Below, piece after piece: positions 37,611 to 64,000 of a DNA stretch of 64,000 nt (its first letter is position 1; the number at the start of each line of letters is the position of its first letter). The position numbers and the translations under genes were made by a program. The stretch is from Schmidtea polychroa. Lineage: Eukaryota. The stretch covers positions 13,022,001 through 13,086,000 of the forward strand of contig CM097885.1 in NCBI GenBank assembly GCA_044892525.1. The letters run 5' to 3'. The notes below the pieces were generated by a model. That model saw nothing but the letters and a program-made list of their open reading frames with translations. It had not been told where the DNA came from and made no database searches.

Positions 37611-37766
37611 TTATCTCCTGGTATGAACACGGACAAATTGTTATTATTCAGAAATAAAATGATTATGCTTTATTTTGAATTTAAAAATGAACACTAACAA
37701 GAGAACTTGTCTAACAACCGCGCACACAAACGCGATACAAAAGCCACGCCAAAATCGGCGGAAACA

Positions 37767-37871
<105 letters not shown>

Positions 37872-38049
37872 CTATTATATATACAAATATCGTAATGTAA
37901 ATATAAAGTTGTTGTTGTATTATTATTCTATAAATCACCAAATTAAAAAGAGGTGTTTAAATAAAGACATTTGCTATTTTAGTTTTAAATAACAATAATA
38001 TTAATAAAATATAAAAATAATATTTACCCTAAAATCCCGTGTTAAACAC

Positions 38050-38600
38050 GCAATCAATGTTAATGAAGCCTCAGTTAGAGAAAAATGGAAAACAAAAATG
38101 ATGAAACCTAATAAAAGAGTCAAAAAAGAGAGAAGTGAACATTGGCTAGTTTTGGAAGCTGAATTAAAGGCGGGAAATAAAAGTGTTTCCACAACTTCAA
38201 TAAAAGCCATTTAATTAACAAATCGACAAAGGATTGAAGACTTCAAAGAAAGTACCCAGTGATTTAATAGGTTGATACATAAAAAATGAGCTGTGTAAGA
38301 GCTGTTACTTCAGTTGGACGAAGCTTGCCTGTAAACTCGAAAGGAAAACTCGAGCTTTTTAAACTCTTTATAAATGAAAAATTAGTTTGCGTAGAAAAAA
38401 ATCAGATTGGAAACATGGAAGAAGTTCCAACGAGTTTTGACATGCCTAGTAACTTCACTATTGAAACAAAAGGTAAAGAAGACGTGAAAATTAAAACGAA
38501 TAGTTCAGAAAAATGCAACTTCACAGTTGTTATTTCTGTGACTTTTGACGGTAGGAAATTCCTTCCACGGTTATATGTAAAAGACAGTCCCAAATGAAAA
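38050..38600 (+). pseudogene. Degenerate pogo-family transposase fragment
   Basis: QIGNMEEVP.SFDMPSN.TI..KG...V.IKT...EK..FTVV.....DG.K matches the first-D region of pogo DDE_1. Confidence 0.75.
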
Positions 38601-39046
38601 TTTTCCACCCTTAAATTTTTGTAAAACCTAATGAAAAGTGCTTTCAAATTTATAAGAAAATCCAGGATCATTTTTAAGCCTAAATAGTAATAACAATAAT
38701 ACTAAGTAACAATAAATAGTAACTATATTAAATAATTATTTGTTTGAATAAAAATTTAATATTGATTCGATCGATCTATAATATCTATAGTTTTTTCTAT
38801 CTTTTATGATGACAATGAGCCTGTAGAGTAGAGTTCAATAATGATTAAGTAATGGCCATGTTTATTTCATTATTTATTTAAATAAAATTAATTAAAAATA
38901 AGAAACATAATTACTATTTTAATCTTTTGAAGCTCAATTTTATTTTTGTAATTCAAACAGTCTAGTGCAAATTCCTTTTCTCAAAAAAGCAATAACGGAC
39001 AAGATTGACTTTAGTACTTTATAATGTTCTTATTTTAAAGTTTAAA

Positions 39047-53755
<14,709 letters not shown>

Positions 53756-55899
53756 TTCTATATTTTAAAATATTAATTTTACTATATTATGAAATATTAT
53801 GAAACTGCACTCTTAAAACCTTATTATAAATTTGAAATTAAAGATACTACTATAAATAGATTTTTATACGGCTAAACAAACAAAATTATTATTTTCGAAT
53901 TCTTATAATAGTTAGTTTTTCATATAAAAGCATAATCTAAAATATCGCAATTTTTCGAAGACAGGCTAAAATTTTTCTAATAATTTTCATTTTAAATTAA
54001 ACTTGTACTTTTTACCTTTAAATAAACTGATATGTTTTTATGTAGAATACTTGAACTTTGTGCATGGTATTGATGTTTTAGTCGAAAATAGATGTATTAT
54101 ACCAGTAAAATTATTTATCTTTTTCTTCTTCACATTGGATTTCTTCACCAATAATCTTCCAATTACTAAAATGACAAAAACAAGTTCAGTTAAAATGCAA
54201 AACTAAAATGATAATTATTAAGAAAATAAATTCAGTCCGTTTTTTATATAACATGTGGCTCATAATCATTTTTGTTTGGGTTTGTATAAATAGACACAAA
54301 TAAAATTTACAAGTGCAAAAGTCAATATTTATTGTGTTGAGTTCATGTTATTTATTTTTTCAATATTTATTATCAAATTTCATATCAATATTTAGCAGGG
54401 AGCAAATAAAAAGTAAAAGACGAATATAACAATTTAAACTTGATGGGGATTGTTTAATTTAGATTTTCAAAACGTCAAGAAGATAAGAACTTTAAAATTA
54501 CAATAAACATTGTTATTTGTTTGGTTTGAGTTATTTTAATCAAAATGTTTAGGTGAAATCCTATCGATCTCAAATAAAACCCCACAATTATTTTGATGAC
54601 TTAACAAAACAAGTTTAGTTGAACTTTTCAAGAATATAATATAATGATAGTTTTCTTGCATGGATATCCATAGTACTCTTACTCTAAATAAAAATATTAA
54701 ATTAAAAATAAAATATCAATAAAAAAATTTTTTTCTGTATTTTCTCAAAAAACCTAAATATGACATGGTTTTCATTACCTATGTTTTTACCTTCGAAAAG
54801 CCGATTCAAAAAGTTAAAACGACTCTGATTTAATAGAAATTCACATTACTTCTTTTATAACTTTTGTTAAATTTTTTGATCTCTATTTGTCTTCCATCAT
54901 TTTGGCTATTTGGATAAATCTTTTGTTCAATTTTAGGGCTCTCTTTCTATTTCATTCAGTTGCGAATTAGATTACTTTTCCACGAAGAACCGGAAAAATA
55001 TTTACAAATTAAGTCATTTTTGTTTTAGCTTGAAAGCCTGAAATTTTACCTGCCAAGCTCTGTAATTTTGTTTGCAATTAAATTGATTTATTTTTCTCAA
55101 TTAAATAATTAATTAGTTTATTTTTTCTAAATAACATTGTCTAGGAATTCACAATTAATTTTATATTAATAAATTCATATTAATCTCATTTTATAATTTT
55201 TTCAATTTATTGCACTGCATTTTTTAGCAGTTTTGTTTGAAATTTTATATTTTAATTGTTTTGCATATAATTCTGCATCTCTGCATTTATTTGTCATAAA
55301 CCCAACATAAAGTTAAAATATTTTCGATTATTAGATAATCCCTTTCAAAAGGATTATCTAATAATTGAAATGGTTTCATATAACACTTATTTTGCAGCAA
55401 AGACTTATCTTAACATTCACTTGGTAAACAATTTTTTTTTAAATTTATTTATTATAGCCATCATACCATAATAAGTGATTCTATCCGAACGGTTTCTGAA
55501 AGATGAGCACAGTTTGACAGAAAATATTCAGCCGGGCAATGAAAAAGTTGTGATTAAATAAAAATTAAAAAATAAATGATACCACACTACAGTCCGACAC
55601 TGTAACTGATATTTGAATTAATTATAATAATATTTTATACAAATTTCCCATGTTTATGAACTTAATGTAAATTATAGAAGTAATAATTATATATTTATAA
55701 CCTTTAAAATCATAAATGATAAATTAATTTTGTTTTAATCTACGAAAAGTTAATAAATATTACTAGTTGACTGCCCAAATTAGCCTAGTTAATTAGTACT
55801 ACGGAAATGTTCGTGATATAATAATGGTATTACCAAAAGGAAACAATTGACAATGCATGGAACTCTAATTTAGTTGTTTCGTGAAATTTTTTAAATACA

Positions 55900-56038
<139 letters not shown>

Positions 56039-56199
56039 TAAAAATAATAATAATAATAAAAATAATAATAATAAAAATAATAAATATAATAAAAATAATA
56101 ATAAAAACAATAATACTAAAAATCATAAAGAACCTTTTTGCGATTGTCGACACAGATTTCTTTTCAATTGACATTGTATCTATTAAAAATACTTGACTA

Positions 56200-56276
<77 letters not shown>

Positions 56277-57760
56277 TAAGGAAAATAAACTTATTATTGT
56301 TTCTATATAGAATATTATTTGTTTATATATGGTGATTATCCAAAAGATGCAGAATTCGAAAAATATTTATTGTAAAAGGAAGTAGATTTTAATCAAGCGA
56401 TTATTTCTTCACAAGCTATCGCGGCAAAAATGGATTTCCAAAAATTTATAAGTAGTTAGATGTGAGGCCTGTCGCCACCATTAATTATCACACACTGGTT
56501 AGCAAAAGAGCTCCCTCCTCTACCACCCCTTCAAGGGCAAGTCGCGATTATTGATTTAAAAATTTTAATATTTTTATTGATTTAAATGTGCATAGTAGTG
56601 TATATAATGAGAACACCGGCTCACCCTACGCATCTAAGGTATTACTAATTTAAAAAATCTTAATATTAACGATTTTTAAAACTAAAAAAATATTTTAAAC
56701 ATAAATGGGTGCTTCTAAAAAAATAGATACCCAAAATACATGTGTAATAGAAACTTCAATCTAAAGTTTTGTTGAACCAAGTAATTTTTCTATCTAGTCT
56801 TGTCTAAAATATGTGAGGGTAAGCCGGTGTTTCCATTATATAATAATTGAAAAATTGAAAAATATAAAAATTTCTAAGGGATGTCGTTGACTAATTACCT
56901 TAAAAGTTTGTACAGCTACTAAATCGAGTATGCTAATCAATATTTCGTTAAAAAAAATTTGAAAAAAAATTGACCGAAATGGATTTTGAACCCATTGGTA
57001 TTGACAATACCATCGAGTGCTATTACCACTAAGCTATTACTGCTAAAAATACTAAAAAATAAGTTGTTATTGTTTGAATATTTATTGATGAAATTAATAA
57101 TTAATTATTTTTTTTATTTGTAATCTTGATGTCTTGTAATTTAAAAAATAAAAAAATTTATTTTTCCACTGTCCTCTAAACAGTTTTTTTTTATCCGGAT
57201 CATTTTTTTATTTATCAATTTTAACCTCTTTCGTTTATCGAATCTCTTCCAATATACAAGCTGGCCAGACTCATACATCAGAATCAATTCGATAGTTGTA
57301 ATGCATCTCAATGGTGATATTATCAGCATTACCGAAAGTACAAATGAATTCGAAAGCGAATCCGAAAGAGGAAACCAAAGACAAATAAGTCGACTCGAGT
57401 GGGGATCGATCCCATGGGTGTACGAAAGACTGGTGGCGGTTCGCCAACCACACCCATTTCAATAAAATATTTTTTCCCATTAAACATAGAAAATTAAATA
57501 TTCTACTTAAAAACTAAAAGTAGTAGAATATTATGAAAATAAATAGTTTGACTTTGGATTTTAACCGCTGTCTATTCTTACTACTGATTGAGTCCCACTG
57601 CGCTATCAGGGTTCGGATTTCTGTCATTTTTTAAAATTTTATATTTATAAAATTCTAAAAATTAGAGGGTCACATTATGAATAGTAAAAATATAACTTTT
57701 ATTGGTAAAACAAGTTTTACCAATAAAAGAAAAATTGAAATTTGAAATTTTTATTATAAA

Positions 57761-58594
57761 AATGAACAATATAAATCTCGAGATTTCAGAAAAACATAAA
57801 TTAAATCTTGATTATGATAAACAGTTTATTCATGAAATCAAAAAAAATGATGTACTTAAAATTTGTCCAACCTCTGGTTCCATTTCAAATTTAAATCGTT
57901 CAGGTGATATAGTTTTTCAATCTCTTCAAACATCAAACCCTATAGATATTTGTAATGCAAAATTATATTACAAAATTGAATTACATATTGAAGCAAACAA
58001 AGATATAACCCTAGAAAATAATTTCTTCCCAAATTTCTTCTCCAACATGAGATTAAAATTAGGACCTTCAGAAGTTGAAAATATTTTGAATCCGGGTGTA
58101 TATTCTTCAATGTTAAATTTTGTTTTGACTGGTTGTGATTACAAAAATGAATATGGTGAATTAACAGGTTGGATCCCTGATGTAAATAAAGGTGATACCG
58201 ATAAAGATGGTTTAAATACAAATTATGGTTATAATAAACGTGTTTAACTTTACAAATCTAAAAAATTTGAAGGTTATTTTGAATTAAAATATTTATTTGG
58301 ATTCCTTCAAAACTATAATCGTATACTCCATAATGTTTTCATAGAATTACTTTGTAATAGAATAGAAGATAATAAAGTATTATTCTATGACGTTGCAGAT
58401 ACAAAAGGTAAATTAAAATTAACAACGATTGAATTACATATACCAGAAGGGACATTAAATCCGCATGCTGAAATTAAACTCCTTGAAAGATTAAACTCCA
58501 ATAAATCTATAAATGTTAATTATTTAAATAGAATTTGTAGTGTATTTGACATGAAAGAAGGTTCAACATACTCTATAAAAATAAAAAATATCTA
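57761..58594 (+). pseudogene. Truncated Polinton major capsid gene (different clade from 9557-10780)
   Basis: NLNRSGDIVF, LENNFFPNFFS...EVENILNPGVYSSM, then after an in-frame TAA at 58245: LKYLFGFLQNYNRILHNVFIEL..NR. Confidence 0.7.
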
Positions 58595-59193
58595 AAAGTT
58601 CAAGTTCATGAAAATGATCATACTTGGTCTGCTGATTTAGTCTTTATGCCAACCAAATCATCAGACCTCGAAAAATATAAAATAATTTTAACTGTAATAG
58701 ATTTATATACAAGATTTGCTTTTGCAAGATGTTTAGAAAATAAAACAGGATATTCTATTACAGAAGCATTTGAAAATATATTTGAAGAACATCAAAGAAT
58801 TCCAAAATATTTATGGTGTGATAAAGGAACAGAATTTTATAACAAAGTTTTTACAAAATTTTTGCAAGAAAATGATATTAAATTATATTCAACAGAAAAC
58901 GAAGGAAAAGCAGTCGTAGTTAAACGATTAAATAGAACGTTAAAATATAAAATGTGGTTTTGGCTCTAAAACAAGAATTAGAAAAACCAAAGTTTAAAAT
59001 TGGTGACCGAGTAAGAATATTTAAATATAAAAATAAATTTGAAAAAGGATTCACAGCGAAATGGACAAATGAAATTTTTATTATAAATAAAGTACATCAT
59101 ACAATTCCAATAACATATGGTATCATCGATGAAAATAATGAAGAAATATTAGGTAGATTTTACAATAATGAATTACAGAAATCAAGTTTTTAA
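58595..59193 (+). pseudogene. Deleted Polinton integrase
   Basis: WSADL, VIDLYTRFAF, CDKGTEFYN, VVKRLNRTLK (catalytic E replaced by K), then a frameshift to PKFKIGDRVRI...KGFTAKWTNEIF...GRFYNNELQK. Confidence 0.88.
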
Positions 59194-59605
59194 TATTTTA
59201 AAAACAAGTTTCAAACAAGATTTTTTTGTAACTCATCGCTTTCTCTATCCAAATAAATATAATTGTATTTTTTTCAATGTTTAGCAACAAACACATCAAA
59301 CATATACTTGCCAGGTTCAACATTTGAAAATAAATCACTGTAAATCATATTCTTGTCACGCTTATCTAATTTAAAAAAGATGAAACAATTGGATTTTTTC
59401 TTGCAACTCGGTTATTATATCTTTATTCATTCTTTTGAATCCTTTCATTGAAAATAAATGTTTATAATTATTTGAAATTTCTGAATTTAGAAAGTTTTGA
59501 TTTGATTCATTTCCCTCCGATATTTTGTTTTAACTATAATCTTGTATTTTATAATATTGAACCTTGAACCTTTGAAACCTTTTATGGATTGCTCCAATGA
59601 ATCTT

Positions 59606-60025
59606 TTATCTCATTGGAGTATTTTTTAATATATGATGAAATTGAGGATGTTGCAAGTTCTTCAGAACCAAATATATCAATTTGATTAAATTCATCGCAA
59701 TTTTCCTCTTCTTGTTCACTTTCTTCATTTTCTTGACCACATTCTCTAGCATGTTTTTTAATTTTTTATGACATATTAAACAAGAAAATGTTTCTCTAAT
59801 TCTTTTAATTCCAATACAATTTCTATAATGTATATCAAACCCTGAGAATAAATATCTCTCTCTACACTTGTCACAAATTTTAGAGTTTGTATCATCTAAA
59901 AGATTTTCATTAAATAAATGATCTTTTGATTTTTTATGAGAAGTTAATGCTGTCTTTGTTTTGAATTTTTTATTACACAAATTACAAAAATAATTTTCAG
60001 TATTCAAATTTCTCGAAGTAGCCAT
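59606..60025 (-). pseudogene. C2H2 zinc-finger ORF fragment within the Polinton remnant
   Basis: YFCNLCNKKF.....LTSHKKSKDH followed by further CxxC motifs; the C-terminus looks frameshifted. Confidence 0.55.
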
Positions 60026-62888
60026 CTTTTTTAAAAAATATTTTTTCACTGGTTCAATTTTTATATTTTTATATTTTTATATTTTTCAATTTTTATATTT
60101 TTACTATTCATAATGTGATCGTCTAATTTTTAGAATTTTAGAATTAAATATATAATTAAATATCATTATAAATATAAAATTTTAAAAAAATGACAAAAAT
60201 CCGAACCCTAATAGCACAGTGGCAGTAGTAAGAATAGGCAGCGGTTCAAATCCCAAGTCAAACTATTTTTTTTTCAACACAAAATAATATTAAAAATATT
60301 ATTTTCATAATATTCTACTACTTTTAATTTTTAAGTAGAATATTTAATTTTCTGTGTTTAATAGGAAAAAATAAATTTTAAAAACAAGATTGCTGGCTCA
60401 GTGGGAATAGACTACCACAGTGGTTCAAATAAATTGTGGTTCAAATACCAACTGAAATCAATTTTTTTCAACATAAAATATTAAAAATAAATATTAAAAA
60501 AATATATAGTGTGGGTATCTTAGGAAATACATCTTGTATATTTTATTTTTTTATTAATTAATTAATTTTTTAACATAAATATGAAAAAATATTTTATTGA
60601 AATGGGTGTGGTTGGCGAGCCGGGAACTACCTCCACCAGTCTTTCGTACACCCATGGGATCGATCCCATAATGTGCTCATTCATTTCGAAATGTTTCTCG
60701 GTTGTTTTCGAACCTCTTTCGGATTCGCTTTCGAATTCATTTGTACTTTCGACCAGCACGCTTAAAACACCGATGAAATCGACTTCGTGAGCGAGAAGCG
60801 AATAATAAGGCGTGCTGCTATTATCGAATTGATTCTGATGTATGAGTCTGGCCAGCTTGTATATTGGAAGAGATTCAATAAACGAGAGAGGTTAAAATTA
60901 ATAAATAAAAAAATGATCCGGATCAAAAAAAAACTGTTGAGAGGACATTGGAAAAATAAAATTTTTATTCTTTAAATTACAAGACATCAAGATTACAAAT
61001 AAAAAAAATAATAAATTATTAATTTCATCAATAAATATTCACACAATAACAACTTATTTTTTAGTATACCAATGGGTTCAAAACCCATTTCGGTCACTTT
61101 TTTTTTCAAATCTTTTTAACGAAATATTGATCAGCATACTCGATTTAGTACCTGTACAAATTTTAAGGTAATTAGTCAACGAAATCTCTTAGAAAATTTT
61201 ATATTTTTCAATTTTTATATTTTTATATGTTAAAGTGTAATGGGAACACTGGCTTACCCTTACCTTTTTTAGACACCACTAGATAGGAAAATTACTTTGT
61301 TCAACAAAACTTTAGATTGAAGTTTCTATTAAACATCTTTATTTTTTTTCAATGTTAAAAATCGTTAATGTTAAATTTTTTAAATTAGTAAATTCCTTTT
61401 ATTGATTTTTAAGTGCAAAGTGCTGGGGTGCTACTCGGTTGACTCAAACGACTTTTAAGTCCCGTCTAGAGTATGATAGTCCATTAAACTAACGTATTTC
61501 ACTTTTCCGTCAACCTTAAGTTGAACTCCACACGATCTGCATTCCGACATAATACCCATGAATTGCTTCATGTTGGTACTGTATTATGCCGGCGAGACGC
61601 CAGAAAACAGGTGAGCCCCTGCCTTAGGACTACTCCTTCCTGAGGCCTCGACTTCCCTTTCCCTGACTGCCGATAGAAGGTCTTACGTCTTCCTACTCTT
61701 CCTCTATACTCGACATTCCATCGTTTTCTGAGTTCATTGCCAGTTATACACTATTCAAAGATGTCAGTCAACCAAATTATCTCGTAGAGAAAAAAGAAAA
61801 TAAATTTTACCGATACTCAAAACAGAACCCAATGATTTAAACAAAACTGATTTATTAAATTGCCAACATACAAGAAAAGCACAGATGTTACAAACGAAGG
61901 CAGTTCATCACATCGAAAAATCACAAGAGTTGTAACTAGAAACTTCGGCCTGCACAAGGAACTTGGTCACTTTTCCCATTCTGTTTCTGCTAATAATGCT
62001 TCTAGGTCGAAAAATTCAGACGCATTCTCCTCCCATGTGACGCCAGCTGCGGAGATAATGCGCCCTGGAATTCCGATGTTCATACTGGTTGCAGGAGCAA
62101 CACTACCTTCCGTTGATTCAACACCAGAAACTCGCTTCTTTTCTTTTTCTGCAACTCTTTCCTTCTGCTTTCGTTTTCGTTCGGCTCGAGATAGCTGTCG
62201 CCGTTTGGGCTTGAAGGAGGAACTGATAGTGGGGGGGTGCACTGGATGTGGAAGCAATTTTTGGATTTACTTTGCTAGTGCCCGTGAAGATTACATCGTT
62301 AGATTTGTGTGAGAGCTCCGACTCCACACACCCTTGGCATGATCTCTCCGATGTGCGCGGTCTATCGAGAGGCTGATCGTGATGCGTGGGGAATACATTA
62401 TCCTCCTCGATGATCGGAATGCTTACGATCTTTTTCGCATCTTGTTAATCTGCAAATTTCATAGCGGAATGATCAATTATCATAAAATCGTGGAAATTAA
62501 CGGTGCCTATCGTGATTATGCAACTGTTCTAAGGTTGTTAGAAGATGGTTCGCTGTATTTTCGCAGCCTGCTGTCCTCCGTGCGTGCATCGAATGAAATT
62601 GGAATTATTCAGAAAGAAACTCACTTCTCGTGGAATCACAGACTGGCCACTTAACGAGCAGTTCTAGCTTACAATGTGCTAAGTACTGTAAACAGGCATG
62701 ACAATGGATCATTTTCGAGAGTAAAGTTAATGTTTTCGTTTTGTTGTTCAAAATATAATGTACACAATCGTTTTCGCGTTTATTTTTCGAATGCCTATAG
62801 CTTAAGGGGATGATGAGAGGAAAAAATAGACTTATGCTGATTTAGATTATACGAGGAGAATATGAACGGTGAGACGGATCTTGTAGGG

Positions 62889-63153
62889 CAGGGATATTCA
62901 ACTGGCGGCCCGCGGGCCTGATCAGGCCCGCCGAAATTTGAAAAAGGCCCTTTCACTATCTTGGAATATTACACATATATAAAAATATTTGGTGATATCT
63001 GCATAAAAACGCACAGGTACTTTTTTATGTATAATATTTGACCTTAAGACTTTGTAATCCGCTACAAAACTAACTACTTTTTAATTGATACGGCCCTCGA
63101 TTGCCGTTATAAGAAAAATTTGGCCCTTCATAATATTTAGTTGAATACCCATG
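62889..63153. mobile_element. hAT-type MITE, 265 bp
   Basis: TIRs CAGGGATATTCAACT / AGTTGAATACCCATG with 8-bp TSD TTGTAGGG (62881-62888, 63154-63161). Confidence 0.88.
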
Positions 63154-64000
63154 TTGTAGGGTTTTGATGAATTGGAAAAGATTGAAATGAATTTTATTCT
63201 CGTGTGTTGATACTAGTGTGAGGGATGGAATTAGATGAGATTCGCATGGTGCTATTACTTATGAGAATATCCTGAATCAAATATCGCCTCGACGAAATCT
63301 ATTTTCGGAGTAATGAGTGGGTCTAAAATATAATTCATCAAAGCTGAGCTTTCGTACTCTTACTGACGTGATGAGATGCTTAAGGTGAAGTGACGAATTT
63401 GTGCAAATTTTTTCAAATGTACAGATAGTCTAAGATTGGTTAAGAAACTGCTAATTACGACAAATGTGCAACACCCTCAATCACTGTGTAGGCCTACTCA
63501 TGACACTTCCTGCCTCCTATATTTCGACAATACGACCTCTTTTCTAATACTCTGCATTGACTTTATTTTCACAACAGTATTTCCCACTAGTTTAGGCGCA
63601 TCTTCAGCGACGGACCCGTGAGGAAGCCCCCACATTTCGGCCCGAATCAGCTGCGTGACTGAAATGCTCCGTACCCACCGGCTGAGCACCCGAAGGCCCC
63701 TCACACCATGGTAAGAAACATATCAGCTCCACGTTATTCAGTGAATTTTTATTAAAGCATAAAAACATAAAACATAAAAAATATATAAAACTCGCATTAA
63801 AAATAGTTGCTACTAATTTAATCATAAAAATAATTATTTAATAATATCGAGTGAAAAGGAGAAACGTTCTTCAAAAAACTTTCTAATTTTACATTCAAAT
63901 ATTACAAATAATTGTTTTCATAGATTACTTAATCAGACATAATAATACAAAACCAAAATTTACCAATGTATCCGTTCAAGATTTCTTGATAAGTAAGATT

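Larger units (their letters stand above)
56451..61391. mobile_element. Internally deleted Polinton remnant of a second family
   Basis: Diverged inverted repeats at ~56641-57695 and ~60093-61391 enclose MCP, integrase and zinc-finger fragments. AGTAGTTAG at 56451 is a possible left terminus; no right terminus or TSD was found. Confidence 0.78.

Noticed and set aside
56971..57043. Possible tRNA gene
   Set aside because: A and B boxes are present but there is no convincing acceptor stem or anticodon arm; kept only as a Pol III-like unit.
57141..57329. Duplicated small ORF also at 60787-60975 (and 43534/44131)
   Set aside because: Duplication simply reflects the inverted repeats; no ATG-led conserved frame or domain.
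61860..62654. GC-rich ORFs at 61860-62654 as a host gene
   Set aside because: No recognisable domain or consistent exon structure; more likely decayed mobile DNA.

Overview
AT-rich eukaryotic genomic DNA with long (AAT)n microsatellites and 41-50 nt GT-AG introns; invertebrate-like, but the host cannot be identified from sequence alone. The window is dominated by Polinton/Maverick-type elements. (1) A full-length 16.1 kb Polinton at 3143-19237 has ~1.16 kb TIRs, AGTAGT termini and a 6-bp TSD (GTAGCC). It carries a packaging ATPase, integrase, minor and major capsid proteins, an adenain-like protease and a protein-primed PolB. Unusually, it also encodes its own TATA-binding-protein (TBP)-like gene, and several of its genes appear to be spliced. 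(2) 1.2 kb downstream is a 13 kb non-coding, almost wholly palindromic element (20425-33467). It has ~6 kb arms, AGT...ACT ends, a 6-bp TSD (GACATG) and a ~70-bp motif shared with the Polinton TIR, so it looks like a giant non-autonomous satellite. (3) A deleted remnant of a second Polinton family (~56.5-61.4 kb) has ~1 kb inverted repeats containing several Pol III A-box/B-box units. One host gene is present: a 9-exon branched-chain aminotransferase on the minus strand (39047-53755), with an intact hAT transposon, a pogo/Tigger derivative and foldback MITEs in its introns. Also present are HSP90 and proteasome alpha retro-fragments and pogo, Chapaev-like and Helitron remnants. All family assignments come from reading motifs by eye; no database search was run.
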